64,000 nt of DNA from Antedon mediterranea (Eukaryota > Animalia > Echinodermata). The stretch lies in assembly GCF_964355755.1 (NCBI RefSeq), contig NC_092679.1, positions 1,394,201 to 1,458,200 on the forward strand, in the 5' to 3' direction. Below, piece after piece: positions 50,701-64,000 of the stretch (positions are counted from its first letter, which is position 1; every line of letters starts with the position of its first letter). The notes under the pieces were generated by a model. The model had not been told where the DNA came from. It made no database searches and worked only from the letters and a program-made list of their open reading frames with translations. The position numbers were made by a program, and so were the translations under genes.

Positions 50701-53700
50701 GTAAACACATCCAAAAGGCATAACATTCAGATTGTTATAAAATGTTCTTTTCAGTGTATGTACCTCCACATGGCATTTACTGTCCAGTATCATGACAAAT
50801 TCTGTAATACAGTATCACATGTATCATACTGTATGTGGAGTATTATGTTAGGATAAGCTATGGCCTATGATACATGTGTGACACTGTATCCCATAATGTG
50901 CCTGTGATACTGTATACACATTATAGATACTGATTCAAGAATATCTGCTAAACATATTGACGAGAACAAAATTAAAAACATGATTCCAATCATAGAGTAA
51001 AGAATTTTCACTCCAAACTAATTTAATAAATGAAAGGACTGTATAATCTAGTGTGGTACTGCAGTAATTCTAGTACAATACTGCAGTAATCTAAGTTTAC
51101 TTTGGTATAGAACAGTTTGATATTTCTATTTGAAGCGTGTAGTATACTATTGCAGTAAATAGTGAAAATACTGCTGTAACATGACAGAGTGTCAATCAGA
51201 TTTAAAAATAATGTTAAAGACCGACACAAAAACACATGTGAAGTGACTTAATCAAAAGTAAGGAAATTAACATGTCAAAGAGATTTATAAAATGTTGTTG
51301 CAAACTAGCCGGATAAAATCGGACGATTATTAAAATCAAATGAATGTCATAAAAACTGCCAGACAGCAGGGTTGTATTCTCGCAGAATTACGCAAACTTG
51401 ATTAGATGCTGCCCAGGATATGAGCAATTTTATTTCTGAATGTCATGCAACAAAAGATTTACATCGTTTTATTGCTTTATTATGACATGTTTTATGGTAT
51501 TATAAATATATCTCGTAAAGAATCAAGAAATATATTTTTGGATTTTGAAAGTATGTGAAATTGAATTTAATAATGTGATAAAAATACATGTGATTTGATG
51601 AGTGAAAATACGGACATCATACAGTACTTTCATTTAAGTCCAAATTATCAGGATGGAAATCAAATATACAAAATGATGTTGAGATCAGGGTGCAAGTTAA
51701 TTTTTGAGTGAATAGTATTGTGTTTTAAAGATGTATTATCACACAAAACATGAACAAATACGAAAGAATAAATCAAACAATGAAGAGGCAATTTTATATT
51801 TGTAATGAAGTTACTAAAGTTTGTCACAAAGAAAATGGGAAAAAATGAATTTGATTAAAAAAAAAGATAAAAATAATAATAAATTTTAAATAATCATTTT
51901 TCAACCAAATTTTACAAGAAATCTAGATTCACTCCTTCAGCTTCTGGTTGACTTCATTTTTAAATTTACAATTCTATCAAATAAATAAATTTTTTAAATT
52001 TTATTACAGTAATTAAGGGGACAATATATCTTTTAACAAAATAGTTTACATTTTCAATTGTTATGTGTTTGTTTTTAAGTGTTTAACTATATACAAAACC
52101 AAAACATTGTTTAAATTTTTAACGACTAGCGTCCTAAACGCATTAGAAAATGGCAAAGACCTTTTACTGAATGACTAACACTTGCCGATTTCCCTCTATC
52201 TTCCACGGGGCAAACCGTTTCACCCTATGACTGGATATTACACCAGTTTAGCAATACAATCTAATTAGATCTTGACAGCTAAATCTTATTGAATCTACTG
52301 TGATGCTGATATACAGTTTACCTCTCTTGGGAGTTAAACAACAAGGTGTCACGACACCTTTGTCTCAAAGTATGTAAATCAAACACCTTGCCTTATTCTG
52401 ATTACAGCTGCAAAAAGGAACAACTTGTAACAAGTTTGTAAACCAAAATGTGAAGTGTAAAGGCAATTTTGTAGAATATCAGAGAATTCACGAAGGACCT
52501 TGTAAGAAAATACACCAGGGAGAAGAAGCCGGTTTTCTGTTGTTTTATGTTTTAGAGATTTTATACAATGATTACTCCAAATTAATGAAAAGTTAATTGA
52601 TATTTTATTAATTGATATTTTGTTTGCAAGACATTTACTATATTTAATCCTTAACTGAACATGTTTAAACAAAGAACAATGAAAGTTTCAGATTTCTGTT
52701 CTTCAAGATTCCAAATCTACCTGACAGAATAAATGCAAAGGCTCACCATCAACAAGCACTTGTTCTGATTGTTGAACTCAATTTGTAGCAGATGCGATTA
52801 CACTACAACGTTTACACATCATTTCATCTGTTTGGACACGCTACGCATGGCGTGCTCGCTCGATAATCAGATTTACATTAATAACGCGTCTAATCACAAC
52901 TTCTGATGTTTACTCTTTGATTCCTTTGTTTCATCACGGTCGAGTAATTACATTGACTTTATTTTTCTCGTAAGTTGTTGAATGAATGAATGTAACTTTT
53001 TTATAAATACAATCTGGAATAGTTTATGACCTTATTTACGTATTAAGAAAACTTGAGTTTAGTCAGAATGAAATCCAGATTGATATCGTTGATAACTTAA
53101 TAACTAAAAGACTTTTGGCACTTTCTGTATTCATTATATAATAATATTGATTTAATCATTTTTCATCAAGTTTCTAAAGTACCTTCATATTCTCTTTAAA
53201 ATGTAAGTTTAAAGGAGAACAGATCACTAGATTCTCCCACAATGATTTGTCCCTCAAATATGTTGGTAAGTTTCAATGAAAATGTTGAAAGATGTCTTTT
53301 CTTTCCTGCCTATACATTTTTTTTAAATTTCATACACATCAAACATAAAAAAAAAACCACCATCAATTTATAACTATATAATTTTAAGCTGTGTATTTTC
53401 TGAATATTTTTTCATGAATAAATGAATACTGTCATGGTAGTTAATTTCTTCTCACTTTATTTCAAACAATCTGTAAATCTTAATTCTTATTCTATAATGG
53501 ATCCTTTTATTGCTTCTAAAACATATACAAAAATCAATAACCAACCTGCTTGGCAGCGTTAATGAAACCTAATGAAGAATTTGTGGTAATGACTCGTAGA
53601 GTATAGGACAAAAGTTCAAACATGCGTTAAATATCATGCTTGATTACCAATGCTCTACATACAGAGACTAAGGATACTATTTCAAATACAGAAAAGTGTT

Positions 53701-56700
53701 TTCTTTTATTTCTCGTTTGTTTTGTGTAAGCCTATTCAATGACGATTGCTTTAACTAGATAAACCAACACAAATATAATTTCATATTGAGGTTGAATCTA
53801 TTTTCATACCCCCACCTACAAAGTACAAGTTGGGAGAAGGGGAAGGGGGTGGGGTCCCAATTGTCATCACAAGAGACGATTGTCTCTAAGATTGTGGGAA
53901 ACTAAGGCAAGCGGCCAAAATGTAAATGATTCAAAGTGAATCATAGAATAAATTTTAGGAACACAAAGCACTTTGTCAGTTAATAAAAGCTAGTTGTTTA
54001 AGACGACGTGTGCGAACAGAGAGTAAACTGATTTAATATATAGTGACTAAGAAAAAATTAAGAGAAATCAGGTCAATATCTGATATGTACTGTTTTATGC
54101 TCAAAGAAGAACCAAAGCTCTGTCTACACAATCAAACTGGTTGATACACCCAAATATGGTAGTGATATGCCCAAATATGGTAGTGATATGCCCAAATATG
54201 GTAGTGATATGACATCATGTCCATATATGGGTACATTACATTTTTTTTGTCACATAATTTTTGATAGTGTAGACAACTGTAACTAAATGATAATGTTTTT
54301 TTATTTTGTGTTAAATATAAAATATAAATAAAGCAAAACATGTTGCCTAATGTTATTTTTAAACCCTTACAAGCTATTGGGTGCTTGTAATATGCGTTAA
54401 ATTTACTAATTTCTGAACTAAATAATCATATGATATTAATTTCCTGTTGATTGCTAGTCAGGGTGCTGTAAACATCGACACTAGGATAAACACAAACTAA
54501 AACCACATCATTATGAATAAGAATGGTATTTACATAGTGTATAGGAGGTTGTTGGTTCGAATCCAAAGGTTATCAAGTTTTAGTTTAACTTTATTTTGAA
54601 AATCAAATGCTAAAATTGTGAATTGAATAATTTAATAAATGGAAATGGAATAGTGTACATAAAATCATTTTAAACAAAGATTTATTATTTCCGTACGATA
54701 ATTCATTGCACCAATCAACAGTCTTAATGTTTTATATTTACCCATAATCCTTCATGAAACATGTTGATGGATATAACCGGTCAAAGAGGATGAACATTTA
54801 ACAACTTAATGTATAAACATTGTTTAGTATAACATTTCAGACGCCATTACTTGGCTAATTTTTGCGGTGTTTTTGTAGACTAGACAAAATGTTGAATGTT
54901 TTCAGGGCTAATGAGTCAACGTAGGCAGGCCTACATCAGAAGCAGGACAAATAGTTGAACTTACTTCAATACATTGCCCTCTGGTATTATGTACGGTTAA
55001 AATAATGATTCACACCAATGAAGAATACAGATCTACTCTAGAATGTCCTCTACAATTAAACTAAACAAATATAAAATTAAACTTGATGCTTGACTAGCAT
55101 ATTTATTGTATCCGAGCAAAATTGAAAATATTGACATGAAATCTTTATAATCCACTCAAGGGCGGCTCAATGTTTTTTTAACAGGGAACGCTAACATATA
55201 ATATAGTCTGTAAAAAATAGTATAAAAAAGTAGTTCATACAGTAATGTCCTTGGAGAACGCAGTACAGTAGCTATAACGCTACTACATCTTTATCATAGA
55301 AGCAGATTATTATTAAATTTGTTACTACAGTACAACTAAAATAAATGTAGTTTCTGTCTAAATTAAACAGAAAATAATCACAACTAAACAACATGTTTTT
55401 ATGAAACGTTGTCTTATAAATAGCCTGAAGAAATTAAATATAAAAACAAAAGTATCAGTACTGTTTTGCCCGGAAGCACTTCCATATTATGGATACATTT
55501 CACCAAAGAAAGCCTCACAAGGTTTTTGAAAAAATATTTCTGGTCTTTAGAAATATTAACAGGGTCATATTTATGAGATTAATAGATTTTTAATAGACAA
55601 CCTTCCTAAATGCATTATAAGATTTACTTACCAAGTTCAGGGAGTGATTTGTCTTGTAGCGATATATAGAAATATATTAAATATGTCATGAAGAGGATTA
55701 GCGATAATTTGTTATGTTGTCAACTATTACTCATTTAAATTCATGTGACCATTTCGTTATCTACACCCTGTTTATAAATTCAATACAGTACAATCCTATT
55801 TACTATTCATCTTTCATTTATTCTGGTTTATTTTGAAAAGACATTGCAGTAAAAAATTGAATTGCGTCCAATAACATCAATAGAAAAATACAACCATAAA
55901 AATAGGAAAAAAACGATAGAATCCAGCAAAATTGCACACAAACATCAAATATTAAAAATATAATTCATAGAAATAAGTCTCCTATTAAGGAGATACCTTA
56001 GAAATTCCACAAAGTTTTAGCAATGAATATTTGATTATCATTATATTTAATAAAAAAAGTTTAGTAAAATTACCTTAGAGTTTCCTCCACCAATCAGAAT
56101 ATTGGTTGCCTGTATTCTATTGTGGATGATGTTTCTTGAGTGCAAGAAGCAGAGACCTTCTGAAATGTGACTGGTTATTTTGTGAATGGTTGTGTCTGTC
56201 AGTTTACCCTGCTGGTGCTCTAGTAGAAAGTTCTGCAGGTTCCCATACTCAAAAAATGGACTACATAAATATCTGAGAAAGAAATCAAGATTATTTAATT
56301 AATATTCATTCATTTAAACATGAAAAATAAAAATTAATAAATCAGACTTTGAATAAGTCATTTTGTAGTTTTAATCAAGTTAATCACTTCCGTAGAAAAA
56401 AATCCCCAAAATTAATGTTTTCACTTATAAAATAAACAGTTAAATTAAACCAAAAATCTATTGGCTGGACGCCATATTTCCTACTATGAAACATCACTCA
56501 AATTCAGTTTATCATGGAACAAAAAAAATGAGCTGTTTTAACTGCTAAACGGTTTAAAGGGCAATATTCTTGTACCCACATTTCACTTTTGTTGTACACA
56601 TAGTGGTGTGTTTATAAAGTTCATCATTATGATTAAATTTGATTTCTGTAGGTTTTGCAATTCATTTGATTAATTTTGATTACAATTAATTTTATAATTA

Positions 56701-59700
56701 ATTCAATTTTGAGAATAAGCTGTCATTCCATTCTTCTGTCATGTCACTATTGAGGGGACAAATATGTCATCAGGAAATAAATTAATAAAAGATTATAATT
56801 AGATTAGAGAAATGTAAAAATTAGTCACAAAAGAATAACATTGTACACGTGAGCAAGTTCAACAATGTGACAATGTCCAAGAGTAAAAAAATAATTACTT
56901 AGTCAAATTTGAACACCTGGTTATTTTAATGATGAACGAACGAGCGTTGAACTCTGACATACCAATGAAAAATTAAAAAACATGTGTACGAAAACAAAAC
57001 AATATAATACACCACCTCCTACTGTCCAATCAAATCAATTCATAATCAACGTAATGAGAAAATTCAAATTTGATCATAAATTCATATTTGATTAATTTAT
57101 CTTTTATATTTTCATTTCAAAAGGTATTTACTCTACGGTGATAACATAATCATTTTCAGAGTGATTGGTATTCCAACAGTGCATGAATTTGAAACAATTT
57201 CGCCTGGGGTGAAATGCTGGACGAGTTACACATTTCTTTTACCTTCTCGTGTTTGATGTTCTAACACGTTGAGTTGATCAGTTTGCTGTGCCCTCATGCA
57301 AACTGATTGTTTTTATTGATAATCACTTACAGGTAAAACTACATACAATACCGCAGGTGGAATATGTCTAGGACACTGAAGGCGTAATAAAGATGGACAT
57401 GTGTGTGTGGAAGTTTATAGGTAAAGTGTAGCCCTATATCTACTTTCTTATTACTACATGACCCGTGATTTACTTATAGGCCTACTAACTAATACTATCG
57501 GCATACTGGCAATTCATGTATCTGTCCATTTGTTTTACTCATTTAAAGCTCTGTCTACACTATCAAACTTTATGTGACAACAAAATGTGATGCGCCCATA
57601 TATATTTTACGTCGTCTATTAATTTTTAGTTACAACAAAAATATGATTGCTTAAAATAATTTCATATTTAATTATAATAATCATCAGTTCATCATTTTTA
57701 TGATAAATTCTCATTTTTAATTTTCCTGTGTTTTCTTCAACCACATCCTTGACTTGCTTCCTTTAATTAATAATTCTGATCTCATCTTGTCAAACATTTC
57801 ATCATGTCCGTCACGTTCACATAAAGTCATTTCATAATTCCAATAATTAAATTTAACAGTAGGACTACTTTACATTGCATCATGGCAAACTTATTTTTAC
57901 TTCTTGAAGAAATTACTATAAATGGCCAATCCAAACTTTTTTGGAATAAAGCAGAGTTTTATGATTTTGAAAACTTTAATACAGATTAACATTAACATTT
58001 TGAGATGTTTAGAGTTATAAATAGCATATATGCTGTCTATATTAGATACAACAATTTGAATATTATTAATTATTAGTTAATATTAAAAACTTTCATTACT
58101 GTAACTTGTAAGCGGTATAATCACCTCTTCATCCCAAGTAATTAATTTTAAGAATATTTGCCAAGAAATTCTGTTTGCATTTTCTCTCTTGGATGAAGTT
58201 GTTTTATACTCGCAGTAAAAATGTTCAATTTAATTCCCAGATGAACTGCTAAAACTTGAATCGCGTTCAAAACAAAGTCGTCTAAAAGCTTATTCAATTA
58301 ATAATTTTATTTCAGTGTAAGTAAATAAAATAGCAAATAAAAAAGAATATTGAAATATCCAAATGTTTGGAATGAAAAATCATCAAGTTAATGTTAATGT
58401 TGTTGTATTTATATAGTGCAAGCAGCAGATGGTTTCAAAGTGATTAAAATATAATGGAGACTAAACAAGTTTACAGATTAAATTTACTCACTAAAAAGGT
58501 GTTTTTTCAATTTTGATTAAGTTACAAATATATGTCAATCAAATAATAATAAATTATGGCAAAACTTCACACTATGACCACTCTCATGAGTTTTTTTTTT
58601 CATATTTCATCATCAATATACATACACTACATAAAGCAAGACCTCTTCCTTTAAAAACACTAGACAGAATTATATCTTAATTATAGTACTGTTTATAATG
58701 AACATGGGAAATGGTTTACAATTCATGCAACTAATAAACACAAACTAACTAAATCTAAAGAGAAGATCAATCAAACGATAAACAATCTACCTTTCAACTG
58801 CTAATATACTGGACTGCGTGCTCGGTGGGCCGCCAATAACAATCGTTTTGTGATTGTCAGAATGCCAGTGTTTCATTAATACGTTCGGATGGCCTCCAGC
58901 GAATGTGATTTTCTCTAATGTGCTAATCTCATTCTTCCAGCGTTTGTAGTGAGATTTTGAGAAGAGTTTTATCATGCCCTGACGGGACGCATTGCTTGTC
59001 CTCGACGTCCATTCTATCTTCCCAAACATCTGTAAAGAGATAAAATTATTAAGAATTCTAGAAATAACCATAATTTCCCCTTTCACTTCAATTTCTACAT
59101 TTCAAACCTCTCTACCGTTTGTAAAACAATTGAAGAAATGATATAATTTAAATAATTTATTTAATCAAATAAATACAAAACGCTCTATACATGTATTTGA
59201 CCAAAGCCACTTTAATGTGACATCATTGTTATTTTTTATTAACAATATGACCAGGAAAAATTATTTACCTATTAAAACCGTAATATAAAGAAAAACTAGT
59301 GAACCGTTTATTTATCTTTTAACGTCATTTCATGAGAAGTGAATAAATAATAATTATTCATATTTCTCACGTTTTTTGGGAAAAATATATATTTATTTTA
59401 AATTAAAATGTATAGTATTGTAAAATCCTGTTTATTTTGTTTCTGTACAAGATCAAGTTCTCGTTAGATGATAAGTAGTGGTGTGTTAATAATAAGATAA
59501 AATCATGTCTATCACAGTATCCTGTTGCGTAAGGGTGTCTGTTGAGCAACGTAACAAACTCATTTGCAAATCAGATTCCGTGGACGCTTTCTTTTTATGA
59601 TCAACTAATGTAGTTACATAATGTTAACAATAACATTACTCGCATAGATATAAACATTATTTATTAAAAGATTTTGTTTTCTTGGTTTTTGTGTATTATT

Positions 59701-62042
59701 ATTACCGAAAACATACACAGGAATACATACAGTAATATCTACTTCTTCTACTTGTTCCGTTAACATAAATTTTCCAGAAAATATAATCTGCTAAAGTGGT
59801 GTAATCTAGTTATTAATTACTACACCTGTTTCGTAAACTGTTCCAACTATCGTTTACACTTCCACCTGACGTCTTCCTACTTTCATAATCCATATAAATG
59901 CGTGAAATTATCCTAAGGGAGTATGGGAAAACTTCCTTCTCCTACTTTAGTAGGCCAACAGTACGGCTTTGTGGAAAAAATGTTTTTGGGCCAATTTTGA
60001 ATACTAATAGTTTAAATGTTGTTCCTTGCTATTCGGAGAATTAGATTCACAAATAATACAAAAAATAATAAATATACTGTAGATGCCTCATATTCTTACT
60101 TGTTATTATTTTGTGTGACCATGTTAAAGGGCCAACTGAGACAAGTTTACTTCGAGGTAGGTCCTCATTATTAATTGTATGGCATTTCATGAAATAAATG
60201 TTTGTTGAATTTTGAAATTTAATTCCTGTGTTGTAAAATCTAGATCTACCTAATATTTAAAAGCGTAATTTCTACTTCTAGTATATTAAACTGGAAACTA
60301 CTAGCATGATCTTCTGATCACTATTTAGATATGTCCTTGGCCTCTACACCACCTAACACGAGGTACGGTATCATCATACGTTAAATCTATATGATTGACG
60401 AACACGAACACATGATGAAACATACGTATTGTAATACACTATCATTATATTAAGTTTAATTTCAAAACAACTGACAAGCAATTATACAATGTCATGACTT
60501 GACATGGTAAAGACTTTAGAAAGTTGTGGTTTTCATCAAGAACCGTTGACCATTCCGACTATTAATAACGTCCAAATTCAAATACTTTCGGTTGTTATAA
60601 CTTATGTAGTAAGATTATGAAAAAACTATACCACGATTACCACTACAATTTTCATTCAAAAACATACCAAACACAGATAGACTTTGAGGAATACTGTACA
60701 ATTTAACTAAATGCTGTGTTCATCAACGTTAGTAACTGTATCCTGATTGGTCAGATGTTTTCATCAAGTAACATACATTTACTATACTTATCAATAAATT
60801 GTTAGATTTTAGCAAATGTTTAAAATCATCCTTTGATTTTCTTTTTTACAGTTTACCACATCTCCTTACCCATAGATGTCAATTTTCAAATAGTTCATCA
60901 TTTCTAAGCTCAGTGAACTAAGGAGTCATTTGGCACCTGTTGGCGCCAAATGTACGCATTTCCTACCTCATTTGTCATGGGATTCTCACTTATGATCAAT
61001 GTATGTTTCTGCTTTTCATCATGTTCCTTTGATTTTGTATTGAAATTAATCTTACTGAACCTTAATATCAAATTAACTTAACACAGAATTACAAAACTAA
61101 ACTTAAACCTAAAAAATAACTGAAACACTTGTTGCTTTCTCAATATGTTGTGTACAATAACTAGTATCATTTGTTGCTAGTCATATAATTATGGTGCAAC
61201 ATTGTCATTAAGTAAGTAAGGTTAATTAAAACATTTTTAATATTTGTTTATTTTGAAAATTTGAATTTAAAAATCTTGTACTCATAAAAAGTTAATTTAG
61301 TTATTTTTTACACTTTGTTTATTTTATCTGCTGATTCATGATGTCGTTGATAAAAATGTGCTACTGACATTGAAAGACCTTTGTAATCATCAACTGCATT
61401 CAAAGATTTGACATCACAGAGTTACAATGCAATTATCAATTGTGTCAGAAAATAAGAAAAACAAAGTTAACTCTATCATTCCTACACAGTATCATTTTTA
61501 AATCCTTTTTATCTGAAATGTCATTTCTAATCTAAACATTACATTTTTTTAACCTTTAAATTGAGAATTTTGGATGAATCATGCTGGGTAACTAACCTCT
61601 AACGTAACTTTTTTACAAACTAATTTTAATTAGAGTTTGTTTTCAAGTTACCAAATAAAGTAACAGATATCAAGTCCAACCACCTTATCCAGCAAATTCA
61701 CAATTCTCATAAAAATCAACAACAAACTAACAGTTAACAACAACAATTAACAACCAGGATAATTAACTATGAAATTTATTTTCCAAAGGGGTTTTTCTAA
61801 ATTAGCAAATTTCAGAAAAAAATAAGCAAATTGAAGACTTACCGATTTTCCTTTTTCATGGCCAGCCATCTGAAGTGTCTGCAGCCACTTGACATCAGTT
61901 GGTGGTGGTGACTTGGTGGATCTTTGAAGACTCTCAATCTGGTCATTATCTGGTTCTCTACAGATGTACATATCTCTAGGCATACTTACTGATCCAGTCA
62001 GTTGCTGCAGTTTCATTTTAATAGTTGTTCCACTTCCAGATA
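44799..62042 (-). CDS. Protein kinase-like pseudokinase with a large insertion in the C-lobe (5' end uncertain)
   Basis: Phase-compatible exons 61843-62042, 58791-59029, 56074-56272, 45810-47963, 44799-44900. Motifs: GMIKLF (beta3 Lys), WKNEI (alphaC Glu), HPNVL, FFEYGNLQNFL, EGLCFLHSRNIIHNRIQATNILI, VISEFGKA, ADVRAFGIMLCEML, and after about 600 aa IVERCWREEPP...ETPL*. Confidence 0.8.
48353..48623. repeat. 22-bp minisatellite, array 1
   Basis: Unit AATGGAAGTTAAGAATGAACTT. Confidence 0.95.
48987..49537. repeat. 22-bp minisatellite, array 2
   Basis: Same unit, about 25 copies. Confidence 0.95.
50282..50440. repeat. Nested palindromes centred on (TA)n tracts
   Basis: TAATTTGCCTTTGGATTT-(AT)n-AAATCCAAAGGCAAATTA, present twice (one mismatch in the first). 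Confidence 0.9.
50401..50566 (-). mobile_element. Short repeat with a minimal hammerhead-ribozyme core and (TA)n tail, Penelope-like-element related
   Basis: Minus strand CTGATGA-AGGGCTAGTGTTGCCCC-GAAA-GCTC. A homologous diverged copy lies at 25933-26066. Confidence 0.55.
54116..54275. mobile_element. MITE family A
   Basis: TIRs and three 21-bp units, each with CCAAATATGG. Confidence 0.8.
57547..57603. mobile_element. MITE family A, left-end fragment
   Basis: TAA plus TIR and about 35 bp of internal sequence. Confidence 0.7.
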
Positions 62043-63358
62043 CTAAAAACAAATATTTCATTCACTTTTATTGCTAAGAACAAATAAACCAGCAAACATG
62101 GATAAATTGACTTATAAAATGTGACAATATGAGGTTAAAGACAAAGATGACTAATTCCATTAAATTATATAACAAATCCGGCTAAAATTCACATTAAATT
62201 TGATATCAGGTGCCCATTAGTAATTAAGAGTTATATACTGTGTAATATTGGTTAGATGTAATCAATTTAATACATCTTGAATCATATTTTCAATTCAATT
62301 TCAATTTCTTTTATTTCAAAAATATTTCATTCATATCAAAAAACGTACAAACAGGAAAAGTAAAAAAAAAAAATTCAAACACAAGCTTAAATTTATAGAA
62401 TACTTATCAATCCATTTTACTGGTGGGAATTAGTCTAAATTACTATTAAACCAAATTCACTTTTCTTTTATAGAAGTACAAAGAATGTCATGAAAGACCT
62501 ACTCGTATCATAAAAGAATATTACAGTACTAATTGATGAGTATTGTAGAATTGACAAGACAACAAACAGGTGTTACGATGCACATAAAATGGAGAGATAT
62601 TCCTCGTCATCATTGTGTCATTGATTACTGAATAAAAGGAAACAACTTGTTCCCGAACAGGTGATGACATAAAATCATTCCGGATATGATGATGGATAAA
62701 TACTTTTAAAAATCAATTAATTTATACTTAAATACAAAACTTATTTTTATCTTTCCTATTAAAGAGTGTTAGGCCTACTATAGCAATAGGTCAATATAGA
62801 AAATGTAATTTTAATTTATTTAAAAACAGCCCAAAAATATTTTAGAATACTATACAGTACTCTTTTGTATTAAAAAAGAATAGTAACCATAGCTACAGTA
62901 GCATGAGGCAGACAAGGAGGTCGCCTCGTCTGAAAAATATTAACTTCCCATCCCAATTCCCCCATAGAGATATTCATATTTTATATTAATAATTACCGTA
63001 TATTTAAGCATTTTGCCTCATCTGTTTTTAACCTCTCGCTACAGCCTTGAGTTATGCAATAATTAATATAAATAATGATGAAGCATATGATGTGTAATAT
63101 TTGTACATAATAATAGAGAAATTATAATTTTCTATACCGTAATTAATGATAGGAAAGCATAGCTGTGTTAATTAGTATAAATCATGTTTTCAATTATACT
63201 TGGACACTTATTCTATCAAGAATGCTAGAAAGCTTGCCAGCAACCTTGTTGTATTCAATATACAGTATATTAAAAAGGCTTCTATTTTATGCCATTAAAA
63301 GTATATTCTGTAGAAAACAAGCAACAAACTTAAGAACTACTATATTTCTTCGGGTATA

Positions 63359-63617
63359 CAGTAATCCCACTTCTGGTCTAATCCCACCCCCTAGTTTATG
63401 TCTGATTTTACAAACCGGCATATCCCAGGTATAGTCCCAGTATTGACTTTTGGTCTGGATGTAAGTCCCTCTCTAGCCAGTTCAGATGAGTTTTTACAAA
63501 ATATTCTTACCAATAATCTGTTTTCCAGTACCAGGGTTTCTCCGGGTATAGTCCCACCCCCAAAGTTGGCCCAATTTTGTGTTCTAGTGGGGTGGGATTT
63601 AACCAGAGGATATACGG
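63359..63617. mobile_element. Tc1/mariner-pogo-type MITE
   Basis: TA-flanked imperfect TIRs with inverted AATCCCACCCCCTAG / CTAGTGGGGTGGGATT and internal GGTATAGTCCCA repeats. Confidence 0.55.
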
Positions 63618-64000
63618 TAATTGAAAAGGTTTCTATTTTATGCCATATAATAATTCTGCAGAAAACAAGAAACAACCTTTTAAAATTACTTGACAATGAC
63701 ATTGACAAGCATTTTTGTTATGAAAAGTTGAGTTTGACACCTTAGGGTTGTGTTCAAATTATTGTTGTACTAATTGTTTAACTTAACAGTGATTACCAAA
63801 CTTAAATTAGATTATTTACAATTAGTTAATTGTTCATAACAATGTGTATTTTAGTTAAATAATTGATTTAAGAAGCACTTAAAATTCCAGTGTTGCAATG
63901 AAACTTTGCTTGTTAGCCTGCTAACTTAATCGGATTTCCTGTTAAAATGTTCTGAATGGTCGAGTGTTTCCATAGAAGCAGACTACAATAGGTAAACTTG

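Noticed and set aside
63165-63745. Overlapping 89-115 aa ORFs
   Set aside because: They overlap a TIR element and show no recognisable domain or clear splice continuity with the pseudokinase.

Overview
AT-rich, intron-rich animal (invertebrate-like) nuclear DNA, not prokaryotic. Five protein-coding genes were reconstructed by hand from GT-AG boundaries and reading-frame continuity. (1) The 3' end of an LRR gene (+, to 447). (2) A 5-exon coiled-coil gene ending in a CaaX motif, CNVM (+, 2724-7543). (3) A complete 58-coding-exon KNTC1/Rod (-, 8283-34941, about 2257 aa). (4) BTBD9 (+, 36053-40970, 10 coding exons, about 591 aa), head-to-head with KNTC1 across a shared promoter region carrying an E2F + CHR-like element. 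(5) A pseudokinase (-, 44799 to at least 62042) whose kinase C-lobe is split by a roughly 600-aa insertion. Introns hold many non-autonomous elements: about 19 copies of one PIF/Harbinger-type MITE carrying CArG-box motifs, several other MITE families, two Helitrons (one with a nested MITE and tRNA-like modules), an L1/Tx1 remnant, a short element with a hammerhead-ribozyme core, and many tandem arrays. No CRISPR array, rRNA or intact tRNA gene is supported. No database search was possible, so all novelty claims are hypotheses.
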